Positions 36,318 through 50,800 of a DNA stretch of 64,000 bases are shown here, in pieces. The notes beneath the pieces are model-generated. The model had not been told where the DNA came from. It did not search any database and saw only the letters and a list, made by a program, of their open reading frames with translations. Both the position numbers and the translations under genes were made by a program. Origin of the DNA: Trichosphaerium sp. ATCC 40318. Lineage: Eukaryota > Protista > Tubulinea. Each line of letters opens with the position of its first letter. Positions within the stretch are counted from its first letter, which is position 1. The DNA lies in NCBI GenBank assembly GCA_038496445.1, contig JALMLS010000062.1, positions 620,001 to 684,000 of the forward strand, given 5' to 3'.

Positions 36318-39300
36318 TTATTTCTTTTGGTGGGGTTTGAGCCTCACACTGAAAAGTAGTGTTTTACCACCATTTTTTCTTCTTTCCTCCTTTACCTTTC
36401 TTTTGACCTTTCTTTGCTGCTTTTGCAGCGTCTCTCTTTTCTTTTTCAAGGCGTTTAATCTTTTCGCTGTATGATACAAATGCAGCACCCCAAATTTCAC
36501 CAAGACGGTTTCTCGCATCATTAAGTGGTACAGCACTGTATTTTGGTGGCGTGCTTTTATCCTGGACAACAAGTTCCTACAAAAAAAAAAAAATCAGAAA
36601 AAAAAAAGAAAAAAAAAAGGTTTCAAAGCGACCTTTGTCAGTAGTGTCAAAAAAATGATAATTCAAGTTATTTGATACGTACCATAGCTACTAGTTTTTC
36701 TAAAGCATCATCACACTCAAAATCAATATTCTGGTTTGCAGTATGAAAGTCATCTTCCATATTGAAAATAAATTTCTCCACCATTTCATCAAGTTCTTCT
36801 TCTGTGCTATCTCCCTAAAACGAAAAATCATTAATCACTTCCAAAGAACAAAATAGTTCACAGCATGAATTACGTAATGTATACATTGTAAAAAAAACAA
36901 AAAGAAGGAGGATGACATGACGTTTGGAACAAAAGAAGGAAAATTGATCGTACTTTTAGTAAAAGGAAAAAATAACCTAGCACAGCCTCTTTCCATTCTT
37001 GTGCCTGCACTTCATCAATCAACCATGTCAACAATCCAGAGTTGGTGTTAATCCTAATATTAGTAAATAAACAAACAGCGGTGCACAACAATCACTATTG
37101 GTGGATTAAAAAAACGGCACGCACGTTTTCTTTGTAAGCAAGTTCAGTACAGTTTTCTCATACAAGATCATTAAACTATTGTAGCTCGAATACACCTTAA
37201 AAGCAACACCAGCAAAAGTTACCATACTCATTAGACCAACGTATCCACCAGCCTGCGAATGATAAAATTTAGATGTTTTGCGCTGAGAACAAGAAAAAAA
37301 AAGATATTCGTTGAATGTAACTTCAAAGCAGACGTACCTCTGTCATCAGATTAACAATGAGAGATATAACAGCAATGGCAAGAGTAACAACGATAGTTAT
37401 AAAATCTAGAGCAGACAATTTTGTCTTACACTTGGGCAAGGCAACTTTGACGTCAGCCTATAACACGTGTTAAAACGAAAAAGCTAAAGAAAGTAGACCT
37501 TACCATCGGAATATCACGGAAAGCACGCAAGAAAATATTGTTCATCTGTGGGTCGTTGTTTGCCATTGGGTCTTTCTTTTTTGTTTTGCTGAGAGGAGGT
37601 GTTTTCCTCTTGACCCTACGAAGGAAAAAGAGTCAAAACCCGGCTTAAAATAAAAAAAACAAGATGAGATTGACGAGTGCATACCTGTACAACATGACTA
37701 CTTCTTTAAATCTAGGCTCTTGTACAGTAACCTCATTGAACAAGTGTCCCATTTTTGTAATGTCACCGACTTGGGACTTGAGAGATTTACGCTCATACAC
37801 CATGACATCAGGGTCTGCTACTTCTTCTTCTACTTTTTTCTTTGACTTCTTTTCGCGATGTTTATGTTTCTTATGTCCGTCTCCTTTTACCGCTCTACTA
37901 TCTCTTCTAGGACGTGTACGTTTTTCTTCTTTGGATTTAGGAGTTGATTCAGGTGAAGTAGCAACACCATCTTCTTTTGCTTCTTCTTTTGAATCAGCTT
38001 TTTTACTTTCCTTTTCTGGGTTGACTTCTTTCTTATTTGCCTTGCTAGCACTCCTAGAATGCTTTCTAGGTTTTTCTTCTTTCGGTTTATCAGTATTATC
38101 GGAGTCTTTGTCTTCTTGTTTATCGTCATCCTTTTTTTCTTTTTTTTGTTCCTCTTTGGATGATCCTTCTTTTTTGCCGTCCTTGGCTCCTTCTTTAGCT
38201 TCTTTCTTATCGCCTCCTGATTTGGATGCATCCTTGGTATCCTTAGCATCTGCTGGTTTCTTCTTTGCTACAGAAAACACGTGAACACCCAATCAATTAA
38301 CGATAAAAGCGTACTGAAATATTTGTTTTTGGCGTAAGTCACTAGATTTTGTACTAGGATGTCTATCTTCTCCTTCACAAACTTTGAGCTCGTTTGATCT
38401 ACAACAGGTTTGTCAACACAATACAAAAAACAAACAGGAATAAATTATCTGATAATAACAATACGAACCGACATCCATGCCACGTGTGTAAATCCATACT
38501 TTATCCACAAAATCAGGTAGTTTTGCTTCTCCTTCATTCTACCGTAACACTGTCAATCAAAGCGCTAACTCAACGATAAATACGTACCGGGTGTGCCTTG
38601 TTGTAGTCTCCTAACAAGTTACCATCCAAAGTGTCAAAATCAGGTTCAATAGGAAGCGTTGTGACGTAATTTGCTTTTAACGCAAAGTCCCACTACAAAG
38701 GCACCATTGTAAGCAAAAGAAAATAAATCTCCAAAAAACAATTTCTCACCATTTCTTTGGATAAAGGTTCAAAGTTAGCTCTCTCCAATAGCTGTCTACA
38801 GTTCGTTAAGAACCTATCCTCAGCTGCTCTATACTACACGTGTGTGAGAACCCGCTTAGGAAAAATTGAATAAAAAGATCTGGAACTCTATGATCTTTTT
38901 CGGAGATCTCCGAAAAGAAAAAGAAGACGTCAACCCTCTTTTGTTGCTTTTTTCAGCTACTTACGCCTTCATTACCAACGTGTTTGGCTAATCTAGCACC
39001 AGAAGGTTCAAACAAGTTATAATCTGCTAAAACCTCCTTCCCAAGAGGCTTGTGAGATAGCATGATGATTAATTCTAGTCGATCGAAAAAGTCATTAAAT
39101 TCAAATCGTTGATCTGCTGCGATTTGAGTCTGAAGCTCCTTTCGCAGTTGTTGTACGGAGAAAGGGATGTATTGTTGCCTTTTTACAAAAACCTACAAAA
39201 AAAAACCGTATTAGCTCTCTTGAACTCCCTTTATATAAACTGAGGCTGAAACCACGCGTTTGAGGTCTCACGTGGTACACATAAAGTACAAAAAGTCGAT

Positions 39301-39422
39301 TTTTCAGAAAAGGAGCGAAAACAACTTGGCATCTCCGATGTTAATTAGCTGGTTTAGTTAGTTTGTACCTTGGTCTCGGTAGTTGAAGGTTTTTCTACGC
39401 TTTCAATTTGTTTTGAAGCCAT
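36318..39422 (-). CDS. DUF3754 / TMEM143-like membrane protein with a long charged low-complexity insert, multi-exon
   Basis: LPDFVDKVWIYTRG, LFNEVTVQEPRFKEVVMLYR, IFLRAFRDIPM/ADVK, LIDEVQAQEWKEAVLGYFFL, IDFECDDALEKL; K/E/D-rich insert at ~37800-38280. Confidence 0.8.
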
Positions 39423-39830
39423 TTTTTATTACAATCCGTTAGTAATATTATGAGGTACTATAGTATACGTCAGGGGAGCTTTTGTACTGTTTGCGTACTT
39501 TAAGAAATTCGCAGAGTCAAAAAACAACTACGACGCGTCTACAAAGCAAAAGAAACCACCAAGTCGAAGCGTGACGTTAGTTACCTTTTTACCAGATTAA
39601 AAGAAATCTTAAACTCCAAGGACTTAATGGTAGCGCTACCGAAACGTTATTATTTTAGCAAAAACGTTTACAATACACGAATCCCTTGATAGTGGATCTT
39701 ACAATTTATTAAAGTGAACTAAAATTCTCACAAAATATGGAACCTTTTTCTTAATTACAAGGTGTTGGAATTGGCGAGATATCGATTGAGTAAAGTGGCA
39801 ATTCCAGGGTGACACAATTGGGGTTTTTTT

Positions 39831-42290
39831 TTACTTACAGTACCGCCGCACTGTGTGGCTGAATTGTTCGTATACTCGCAAGTCACAACTGCTAAAGGCA
39901 GTACATCTTGCTGATCGCAATACTGCTTCCCAGTGCTTACGATTAATAAATAACTGCTGATCATCTTGATTTGACATTACGTGATCTGCCAAAGCCTTGC
40001 GCTTAGCTGCCTTTGAAATATCAGTTTCTGTAAATGATTGTACTTAGCAACGTACCTTGCATATTTCAACAATACTTCCTGCTGTGTACCCATGTAGTAC
40101 TTCGGCAATTCTATCAACTACGACACCTTCACCTAAATATGCCTCACCAATGCATTTCTAAGATAGAGCCAAGTGTTAGCAAATGAAAGTCTTGGCTGGT
40201 TTTTTCAATCACGCACAGAGAGGATATCACCCCTGGTTTCCATATCAGGATAAGGGATATAAATAAGCTCAGTAAACGTTGATAAAATTCCGTAAGGAAG
40301 CAAGTGTGGTCGACATGACGTTGCCACGAAGAAAACGCCGGTTGTACTGTTAACTTGTTGCACAAGTTGGCGCCATACAGATTGTGTACTTTACAAAATT
40401 GTTAACAGTTACCATACAAAAAGCAAGTTTTAGGTGTACGTACAACTCTTTCATAGCTACAAAATTATGGAAATTCCTGAAATGCATGACACATGGTATA
40501 ATTGTCAAAGCTTCCTTAATTTGTTTTTTCACAATCTCCACTGATTGAAAGAACTTGATGTTTACGCCCTAGATTATTATTACGCGTGACATTGATCAAG
40601 ATTACATACATCAATCTCCACATAGTGAACACCACATTCATTAGCTATAGCCTTGGCTATCATTCGCTTACCACATTCTTGGGCTCCGTAAAGAAAAAGG
40701 AATCTACCTGGAGACCCTCTATATTTGGCATATAAATGTGGATACTCCAATGGCAATCGTATCGCATCTCGTATTCCCTGTTTAACTCCACTTGATACGC
40801 AAACATCATTCCATGTAATACTTGGTATATTTAGCTGCCTTCTATCTATACACGTGCTTCTACAGGAATCCAAGACTTTCTAAGAATGTATTAATGAAAT
40901 ACATAATACTTTGTATTCACCTTAAAATGCTTGTTCGTTACAGTAACTTCTTCTTCCAATAGCAAGTTTATATTTTCTCTCATACAAGCCATACCAGCTT
41001 CTGTACAAAGTCGGATCAAGTCAGCAGGCACAAAACCATAAGTCTGCTCTGCTAGTTTAAAAAGATTAATATCTTGTGCAAGGTTCATATTTCGAGTCTG
41101 ATATTTTAAATGTGATAGTCTATCTACATTCACTACTTAGTCTTTCACATTGAGTCTTGGTGCTTTACCTATAACCCCAGGAACACCAATAAATATATGT
41201 TTGCCAAATCTACCTGGTCGTAGCAGTGCTTCGTCTACAGATTCCAGGCGACTAGTTGTAGCTAGAAGAATGATATTTCCTCTGTCTAATAGACCATCCG
41301 TGTACGCCATTAACAATGATACTATCCTACTCGATGGTCCGATCTAGGTCGCTTAATTATTGGCAAAATATTATTACGCACAACTGAGTGCCTTCGAGGA
41401 GCAACACTGTCAATATCATCAAAGAAAATAATAGCACGTGGAACGCTTTTAGCTTTTTGAAAAATCTTAGTCAACACGTGTTCGTCATCCCCATGAGTTG
41501 CACCAAGTAATTCAGGACCAGAAACAGCGATAAATAAGCAACCACATTCTTTAGAAATAGCACGAGCCAAGTGGGTTTTGCCACAGCCAGAAGGACCGTA
41601 CAGGATGATGCCCTAAAATATACCTTTAACAATTGTTATTTGGATTGTTCACATGCCTTACTAGGATTACACCGGAGTGTAGAATACAATGTGGGGTACT
41701 TCAAAGGCCATTCTATTATCTCACGGACCAATTGAACTTCTTTGTTGAGTCCTATTACACTACCGTACCCTAGGCATGTTGGACAATAGAACAGTGTTCG
41801 ACCTTTACCTTCTTTCTCAGAATAGCTCGGATTCTTGAGATGCTGAGCTTTCACCTTGCTGTACAACGTTTCTTTCTTCTTGTTTTCAGCTTTAAGAACT
41901 CCTCGGACAACTACAAGACCGCTAAAGGGTACTATAACAGAATTGTGTACCAACTAGATTGTAAGGTATTTTTAGCCACTTAATATTAGGTACCCTGCTA
42001 AACCTCACTCCTTCTTCAGTCACTGAGGGGTCTATCATTATAGTAGCAAGTGTGCCGCCCACAATAGATATCTTTCCGTTTACATGTAACTTGGGTGTAA
42101 CAAAAACCTCATCACCCTCTTGTAAATCCAATTTTTCGAGTGTTCTGCAATGTACAAACACTACTGAGCCATGCTCAGTGCCAATTATCCCACCAACGCT
42201 CAAATAGCAATATTCATCCCGATAATTGCTTAACTGGGCTTTCGAATCGCCTATACGCATTTCAGACAGCCCATTTATACTAACAACCAT
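39831..42290 (-). CDS. Divergent CDC48/p97-like AAA+ ATPase (N domain, D1, degenerate D2)
   Basis: LVREIIEWPLKYPTLY, ILYGPSGCGKTHLARAI, IIFFDDIDSVAPRR, DEALLRPGRF, TYGFVPADLIRLCTEAGM, IPSITWNDV...RLPLEYPHLY, YGAQECGKRMIAKAIANEC. Confidence 0.8.
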
Positions 42291-42486
42291 TACACATCAA
42301 AATAAGAATTAACACGCACAGATTAGGCACAGACGTCATAGTGATTGCGTAAACGCGACCTAGAATGAACTAGGATACTCAAGCGCTTTGTACAGTCAGC
42401 TTTGAACTACCTTTAACTGAAAGCAGTACTAAGGTCAAACATTTTTGTGTTTTTAATTTTTTTTTTATTGTACAATATTATGAGTT

Positions 42487-43607
<1,121 letters not shown>

Positions 43608-43753
43608 AACGTTGGTTGTTTTTTCGTTAAAAAAAACTTAACAGGTTAAGCCACTAGTTTTGAGTTGGAAGCACGTGATAACTTTCATTTGTAACAGACA
43701 CAACACAAACTAATGCTCTAAGACTCAGTGTTTATTTTCGTCACTACAACAAG

Positions 43754-44524
43754 TTACTTGGCGAGCATCATAGCTACCTAAACAGTGATTGTTAGTGGAT
43801 ACACAAGAAATAAATAAAAACGCACGAATTCTTCGTAGTTGATTTCACCGTCACCGTCGTGGTCTGCCTCGTCAATCATGTCAGAAATATCTTGATCGCT
43901 CAAGTTCTCACCAAGACCCTCCATAACCTTCTTCAATTCAGCTATAAGCAGTGAGTATACCCAGATTCATTTGCCTTGTGGATGAAAGCAGTTACCTTTT
44001 GAAATTTTTCCATCACCGTTTTGATCGAAAGCTTTAAATGCTTCACGGAGCTCATCTTGTAGATCACCTTTCGTCATTTGTTTGGCCATGAGTTGTAAAA
44101 ACTAAATAATTTAGTTTACCCAAAAGATAGTTCGGGTGGCACACGTGCGCAAGCGACACTAGCCCTTTTTTTTAAACTAACAATCATACTATCACTAAAT
44201 CTTAATTTCTCGCAGTAACGCACCTCGTCAAACTCTATAGTGCCTGAATTATCCTTGTCTACCTCATTTATCATTTGGTCCAGTTGTTCAGATGTTGGCT
44301 CTTGACCTTTGGGGCGGTTATGGCAAAATACTACGATCTTATTGGCAAATTTGCGTACCTAGAGACTTCATAACCTTTCCAAGTTCTTCCTTGCTAATCA
44401 TGCCGTTTCCGTCTTGGTCGAAAAGAGCGAACGCTTCTTTGAGCTCTTCTATTTGTTCCTTTGATAAATCAGCTTGTGCCTACAAAATCATTAGAGAAAA
44501 ACACAACAGGAGCTGCGTTACCAT
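43754..44524 (-). CDS. Calmodulin-like protein (4 EF-hands); first coding exon is ATG only
   Basis: [65 protein letters not shown], ends MMLAK*. Too divergent to call canonical CaM. Confidence 0.93.
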
Positions 44525-44816
44525 TGGTGTCTTTTGGTCAATACAATAAAATATCACATGTGTACGCTAACTTAACGGCGGTATACTAAAACGCGCTTTG
44601 GTAGTAGGAATATGTGGTAGGCGACTTTTGAGGCAGGCACAAAAAAAAACAAACAAGTGATCTTTCTTCTGTACCGTGAGTGCTCAGTAGCTCTTCTACA
44701 CAAAGATAATGCCAATGCAACACTGTTCGTTGAGACTGTTTGACTTGTGTACCAAGTTGATCGATTTTGAAAACCAAAAAAAAAACAGTTATTATTAATG
44801 GTATAATGAGGTACTA

Positions 44817-47800
44817 ATGGCCTCAAGTGGTAAAGGCGCACTGCAAATGTACAGTGATCATTGGCTCACCACCAAGGAAGAGTCTTTACTGTTTGATGCG
44901 AACCTCGTTAACCTAAAGTACAACGATGTGGCTACAGAGAAAGAATTTGATGTGAAGAAAAGTACCCGCGCTGTTTCTAAGGATAAGACGGACGAGGAGG
45001 TGAGAATTTTATTTTTTTTGTTATTTTATTGAGCTGACACTACAGAACACCGATGAAAGTCACAAATTAGTTGGTATAGTGGATGTGGACGAGTTTGAAT
45101 TCCACAAAAAAGCTGTCAAACGGTGGCGAACGGAATTGTTGGACACATGTACACCAAACCGAACCGCGCCCTCTTCGTTCCACTACACGCTTCAAAAACG
45201 CATGCAGGTTCAGAATTACCTTCATACAGTTCTTTTAAAGGACCAAAAGCGAAGAAAGAACATCAAGGTACGTTACTTACTTTTACGCTATTTTCAAAGC
45301 ATAAGATGCATCCACAATACAAAGCTGTAACGGCATGTATTTTTTTACCTGTCAACTGATAAATCAAAGAAATCGACAAGGGCATACCACGAAGAGCCTA
45401 CAAATATCCCAGTCGTAGTGCGACTTGGCGTTTTAACGCTGATTCCGTTGATCGAGAGCCTAAGTGAAGTCCAGGTATTTTATTCGTGTAATCATATTTT
45501 TTACAAGCGCCTTACAGCATGTAGGGCATTAATTATCAAAAATTATGCTTTCGCACTTTGGATATGTTTATTTCAGTTCTGCGCACTATAAAACGTCTCG
45601 GACTCAAGGACGAACCTACAGATTGTCTCGACGCGTTCAAAGACTTTATCTATAATTTAATTGAAAAAAACAAATTTACAATTGTACGTAACGCTATCGA
45701 TGCCTTGAATCGAAAATGGGTACTAATACAATCCTCAGGATTCACCAGAGAAATCTCAAGCTGTGGTAGCGCTTGTGGGATTAGCAATCTCAAGAGGAAA
45801 CGCTCATTTTCTTTTACAAGCAATTGACGTTTTATTTCGTATCTACAAAACTAACACGTATGTACACTTTGGAGGAACAAAATAATTTCTGTTCCGTTTG
45901 GTGAAAAATATTTAAATGAAAAAAAAAAGACTCACTGAGCGCGTCTCAGGTGTCATTATTATACTAACTGATATCTCTAGAAAATCCTCTAATGGTGCTG
46001 GACAAGCTCTGGACGTAGCTGATTTTTTAAAACAGTTAGCAACGTATAATCAAAAAACTAAGTTATCTATCCCACAGAGTGCTTTGTGTGGTACAAATCA
46101 ATTTTATTTTAGTTTTTCCAGGGCTGTTAAAGGGTATTGTTGACGTTTGTTATAAGGATCATGGGTACTAGAACTCGACAGAAAAAAACAACCAAAGAAG
46201 CCTCTTGAGTTTGCAAAGACTTCTGCAATAGCTTGTGATGGCACATATCTTTATTTCCATACTTCTGAAGGTGGTTTAAGTAAGATTGGCACTGGTAGAG
46301 AAGGTAACGCTTTTTATTGAGTCAAAATTTCAAAAAAAAAAATTAACTCGCAATAGGAACTGTTCAAGGTCTTCGTTATGTATCTAATTCTTCATACCGT
46401 ACAATGGATACAAATGTGTCTCTTGCATATACCAGAGGAAAATTGTATTATTACTCAGCTGCCTTGGCGCCAACTCCTGCTGTGGATGATCAAAAGAAGG
46501 AGGATGAAGCAAAAGCAGGCTCTTCTGAAAATCAAAAAGAAAATGAAAAGGATACAGTCACACCATCGTGTGTTGCTGTGATTGATCCTGTTACTTTGAA
46601 GCAAGAACAATTAATAACGTTGAACACAACAACAGCTGAGGGAACGCATTGGCTTCTCACAGAAGGCCGTTACTTGTATTTCTTGGGTGTAAAGAAGGTA
46701 TGTCAACGTTTCATATGGATCATACTCTAACATAGCGCTCAGCGTTCAGGAAAAGACCAAAAGGATAAACCAAAACCAGCTCAAGTTGATAAAATGGAAC
46801 AAGACGCTTTACTACCACCACCTACTGGCTTACACCCAGCCATTGCATTTGAGCTTGGCATGCCTGATGTCGACTTGAATATGCGTGATGAAGAAGAAGA
46901 CATGTCTTCCAGCGCTAGTTCTGAGTCTAGTGATTCTGATGACGAGGAAGAAGAGGTAAAAAACATGTCTTGTTGTTTTTATATCAGTATTAATAAATTT
47001 ATTCAGGTCGAAGAATGGGAAGATAGTGAGCCTCCAATAGACCCATTTTTGTCACGTGCCAACAAGGACGAAAAATTTGTAGTTGACATTTACGATCCTG
47101 CTCAAATTGGTTCGGATACACAAGAGTTATCTGAAGTGCAATCTCTACAGTTACAAGGACCAGAAATTGCTGGTGAATCAATAGCTCGTACGTTCTACAT
47201 TTCTTATTGGTTTCTAAAGGCTAATAATTATTTGTAGGTCATAATGCCCTTACATTGAATGATCTTCAAAAAGGCGCTTTTTATGTTACTGGTCACCAGC
47301 TCGTGGCTGTTGTATTATCATCAACAAATTCAAGGAAATCCAATAACAATCTTACTATTGCACGCACTTTCTCGTTGACTGATGGCAATTTCCTCGAAGA
47401 TAACACAATCGCTGGGGTACTATTTTTTAGCGCTAAACCTTTGAGTTTCTTATTGTTTTATGAAGCACACGTGCCAATTACGTATGTGTTACGAACACAA
47501 ATCAAACTTGATTTGGGGATACACTCACCCAGAGCGCCGCATCAAGACATGGCTGAATTTAGGTCTTGTACCACATATTGAAGATGGTGGTGTTGGTAAG
47601 ACTCAAACTACTTATTGTATTTTATAATAACTAACACTGGTATCATCATAGATGACATGACAGATAGCGGGCCAAGAGAGATGAAGCTTTTACCTTTCTC
47701 ACCAGAGTCAGTTCTTCAAAAGCCAAAATTTGTTGAGCTTGAGAAAGTATCTACAACCCCTGCTGATACATTCGGCCTCCCTTCACCGGCAGCAGTAAAA

Positions 47801-50800
47801 TTCATGCCTCTTGAGGCTATTTTCGTATTATTGGGTCACATGGACAGACTTGCAAGGCAACATCCATCTTATAATAAGACAGAAATTGTGGATGGTTCTG
47901 ACGAGTCATCTCGCGTCGATAGCCAGCCTTTCACAACTGGTATGAATTTAACGAGTAAATACATATCTTGCAGTGGCTTATTAGTGTATTCTTAGATTCT
48001 CATGGCCAAGTATTGAAGTTCCTACACTCCATATTAATTCATGGATTGGATTGCCTTGAGGTTAAGTCTTCTGGTATGTGTTTGTTTCATTATTGAGAGA
48101 ATTCTTTAACTGATTTCATACAGATGTTGACTTCCAAGTGAACACAATGCCGTATATCCTTATTTCTTGCTTGCGTTTATTGAAAGTGAACATGCATTTC
48201 ATTATAATGTCATCTTCGGATATGAAGCAAATGTTCCGTAAAGATGGTTTTGGTACAGCATTTTCTTCATTACTTATTTCTTCGTTTACACTTTCTTAAC
48301 TCATTCTAGCTGATGGCGGAGATGCTATGATCTCTCAAGTTCGAGGTTTGTTGTTAAGATTTATTCAGAACCCACCACTCGTCAAAGCGAATCCTGCAGC
48401 TTCAGCACTTATACAGGAAGCTGCAATCGATGCTTTGATTCTTGGTTTTGTAGTTTTTTACTCACAACCGGTTGATAAGATCCAATTTGTTCTCGAATTA
48501 CTATCTCGGGAAGACAACGAACCTGTTGGTAAAACAACGTTCCGTAGTCGCTTATTCTACGCATTGGCAGACTGGTGTCAAGTATCTGATATGCTCGGTA
48601 AAAACACCCCTGAGAAAAAGGATGAAAAGGCCGCAGCAGCACAAAAACCGAAGCGTGAGAAGAGTAAGGAACTCACTCAAGAAGCAAAAGTACCAAACGC
48701 GCTCACAATCAAATTCCTGGGTTCTCTGCTGAACTATGTTATAACTGAGGCTAGAATCGGTATTGATAAGCTCAGTACTATGCAAGGCGATCCACCAACT
48801 GTGGTACTTCGTCTATCACCTGCTGTTAAGTTGCTACTTTCGTTACAACGTGATATAGTAAGTAACTGCAGCACAGGAAAGGTACTACTATCAATTATAA
48901 TAGTAAACATAACCTTACTCAATTTGTTTGTAGGCTCTACTGTTAGAGTATAGTGCAATGTTTGTTAGACAGTGCACAGACTTGGCGAATTATGTTGTTG
49001 ACAAGCACGCTAAGCTCTTAGATGAAGAGGAGGTTGGTAAAAAACTAGTTGATGCTGTAGACAAACATCTCCAGTGCACTGTTATTGGCTCTGTATTGCC
49101 TTCTCTTGTACGTGTCACAATGCTTTTTTACCAGTTTATTTATTTCTTTTGCAACCACTCTATTTATTGTATCCATTAGGCTATCGCATTATCCAGGCGC
49201 AACCATGTAACAGACTTTAACTTGGTTACACCATCGTACTTTAACAACTGGCTTAACTTGCTTTCTGTTATTGACAAGATTAACCACAAATTGTCTGCTA
49301 CACGTGATGCTGATAACCGTTACTTGCGCCGTCTTAATCAAAAGAAAGAGAAACGTGTTGTAGTAGAATCGAAACATCCGTATCCAGCAGGAAGTGGTAA
49401 AAACTCCTTCAGGTATGTGAAATGAATGGTATAAGCTTGTATTTACATCTACCTTTAGAGTTTCTGTAAATGTTCCAGGTGCTAAGGCCTTATGCCTTTG
49501 GTTTGACCCTAGGTGTCGTACTGTTAGCGCCACGCAAGATATTGTTCATTTGCTTACATCGACGTCAATGGAACAGCCTCTATCTGGACCTAACAACGCT
49601 CCTATGCTTTTCGGTGGCACAAACTGGCCTAAGCAATCTCTCATTATTGATGGCGATACCGTCACGTTTGTATTCAACGCCACATCAAGAAACGACCTCT
49701 CAGCCGCTAACACAGCATCCGTACGCTGGGGCTTTAAGTGTGTTGTAACAGCCATACAAGCTACCGCTGGTGTACCTCAAACCATTACGCACTGGCTTCT
49801 CGATTTGGAGAATACTATTGCAGTGCTTGGTGCTAAATGCTCAGCTGCTCTTACAAAAGGAGAATCTCCAACAGAAAAGTACGAACTACCACAAGTTATT
49901 GTATTATGCTAACTTGAGTCATTATAGAGAAAAAGCAGTCGCTCCTTGGCTTGAAACCAGATTCCTTAATGGTGGCCTTGACGAGAGAAAGAAACCAAAA
50001 GATATGCAGTTACTAGATGACTTGGTTGAAGGAAGAGAAAATATACTACCTTTCTACAAGTGGGTCAAACGCCGAGCTCCCTTCCAAGTTGGCTCACTTG
50101 CCAGACCTTGGGTAGAGAAGGCTCAACGCGCTACAATTGCCGCAATTATTAAGCATCTCGGTACGTCTACCGTCAAACAAGGAGCTTTTCTATTTTTTTG
50201 TAGAACGTTGTTTTGACTCTGTTAGGTCTTACTGCTGAAATGAGTCGGTTCAACGATGCTCTTGTTGCCAAATCGAATCTACCACAGGGTACTATTGGCA
50301 AGTTCAGTCTTATAGCAAAGAAAACGAACCAAGTGACATCATGGCTAACACAACGTGGTCAAATGGAAAAACTTTGGCAAGTTGCATTATCTGAAAAGAC
50401 TCCAGATATTAGCGATACTTTTGAGACATACAGTAACAGCCCTGAAAAACTTCTCGACTTGTGTGAGATGAAGGGTGTAGAGTTCGATCTAATGGATTCT
50501 AACGAGACCATCAAGCGTCTGTTTAACAAACTACTTGATGAAATTGCTGAGGCTGAAAGAGTTGAGCGTAAGCGCAAAGAGGTATGTCTGAATTTTGCTC
50601 CAAAATATAATTTACTGACGAACGATTAGAGTGGCAAACCTGTTACCCCAAGAGCTGCGCAAAACGCATATGAAATCGTTGCTGGACCAGTGATTGAGCG
50701 TGCTAGACTTTTACTACAAATGGCTCCTTCTCAAAAACGTGTCAGGCCACCTACTGCTGTAGCTGATAATCCATATCATCGGTATGTTTTAGTCTTCGCT

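Noticed and set aside
37664-38284. 206-aa Ser/Phe-rich + strand ORF (similar cases at 54659-54976 and 57183-57557)
   Set aside because: Antisense shadows of K/E/D-rich low-complexity exons.
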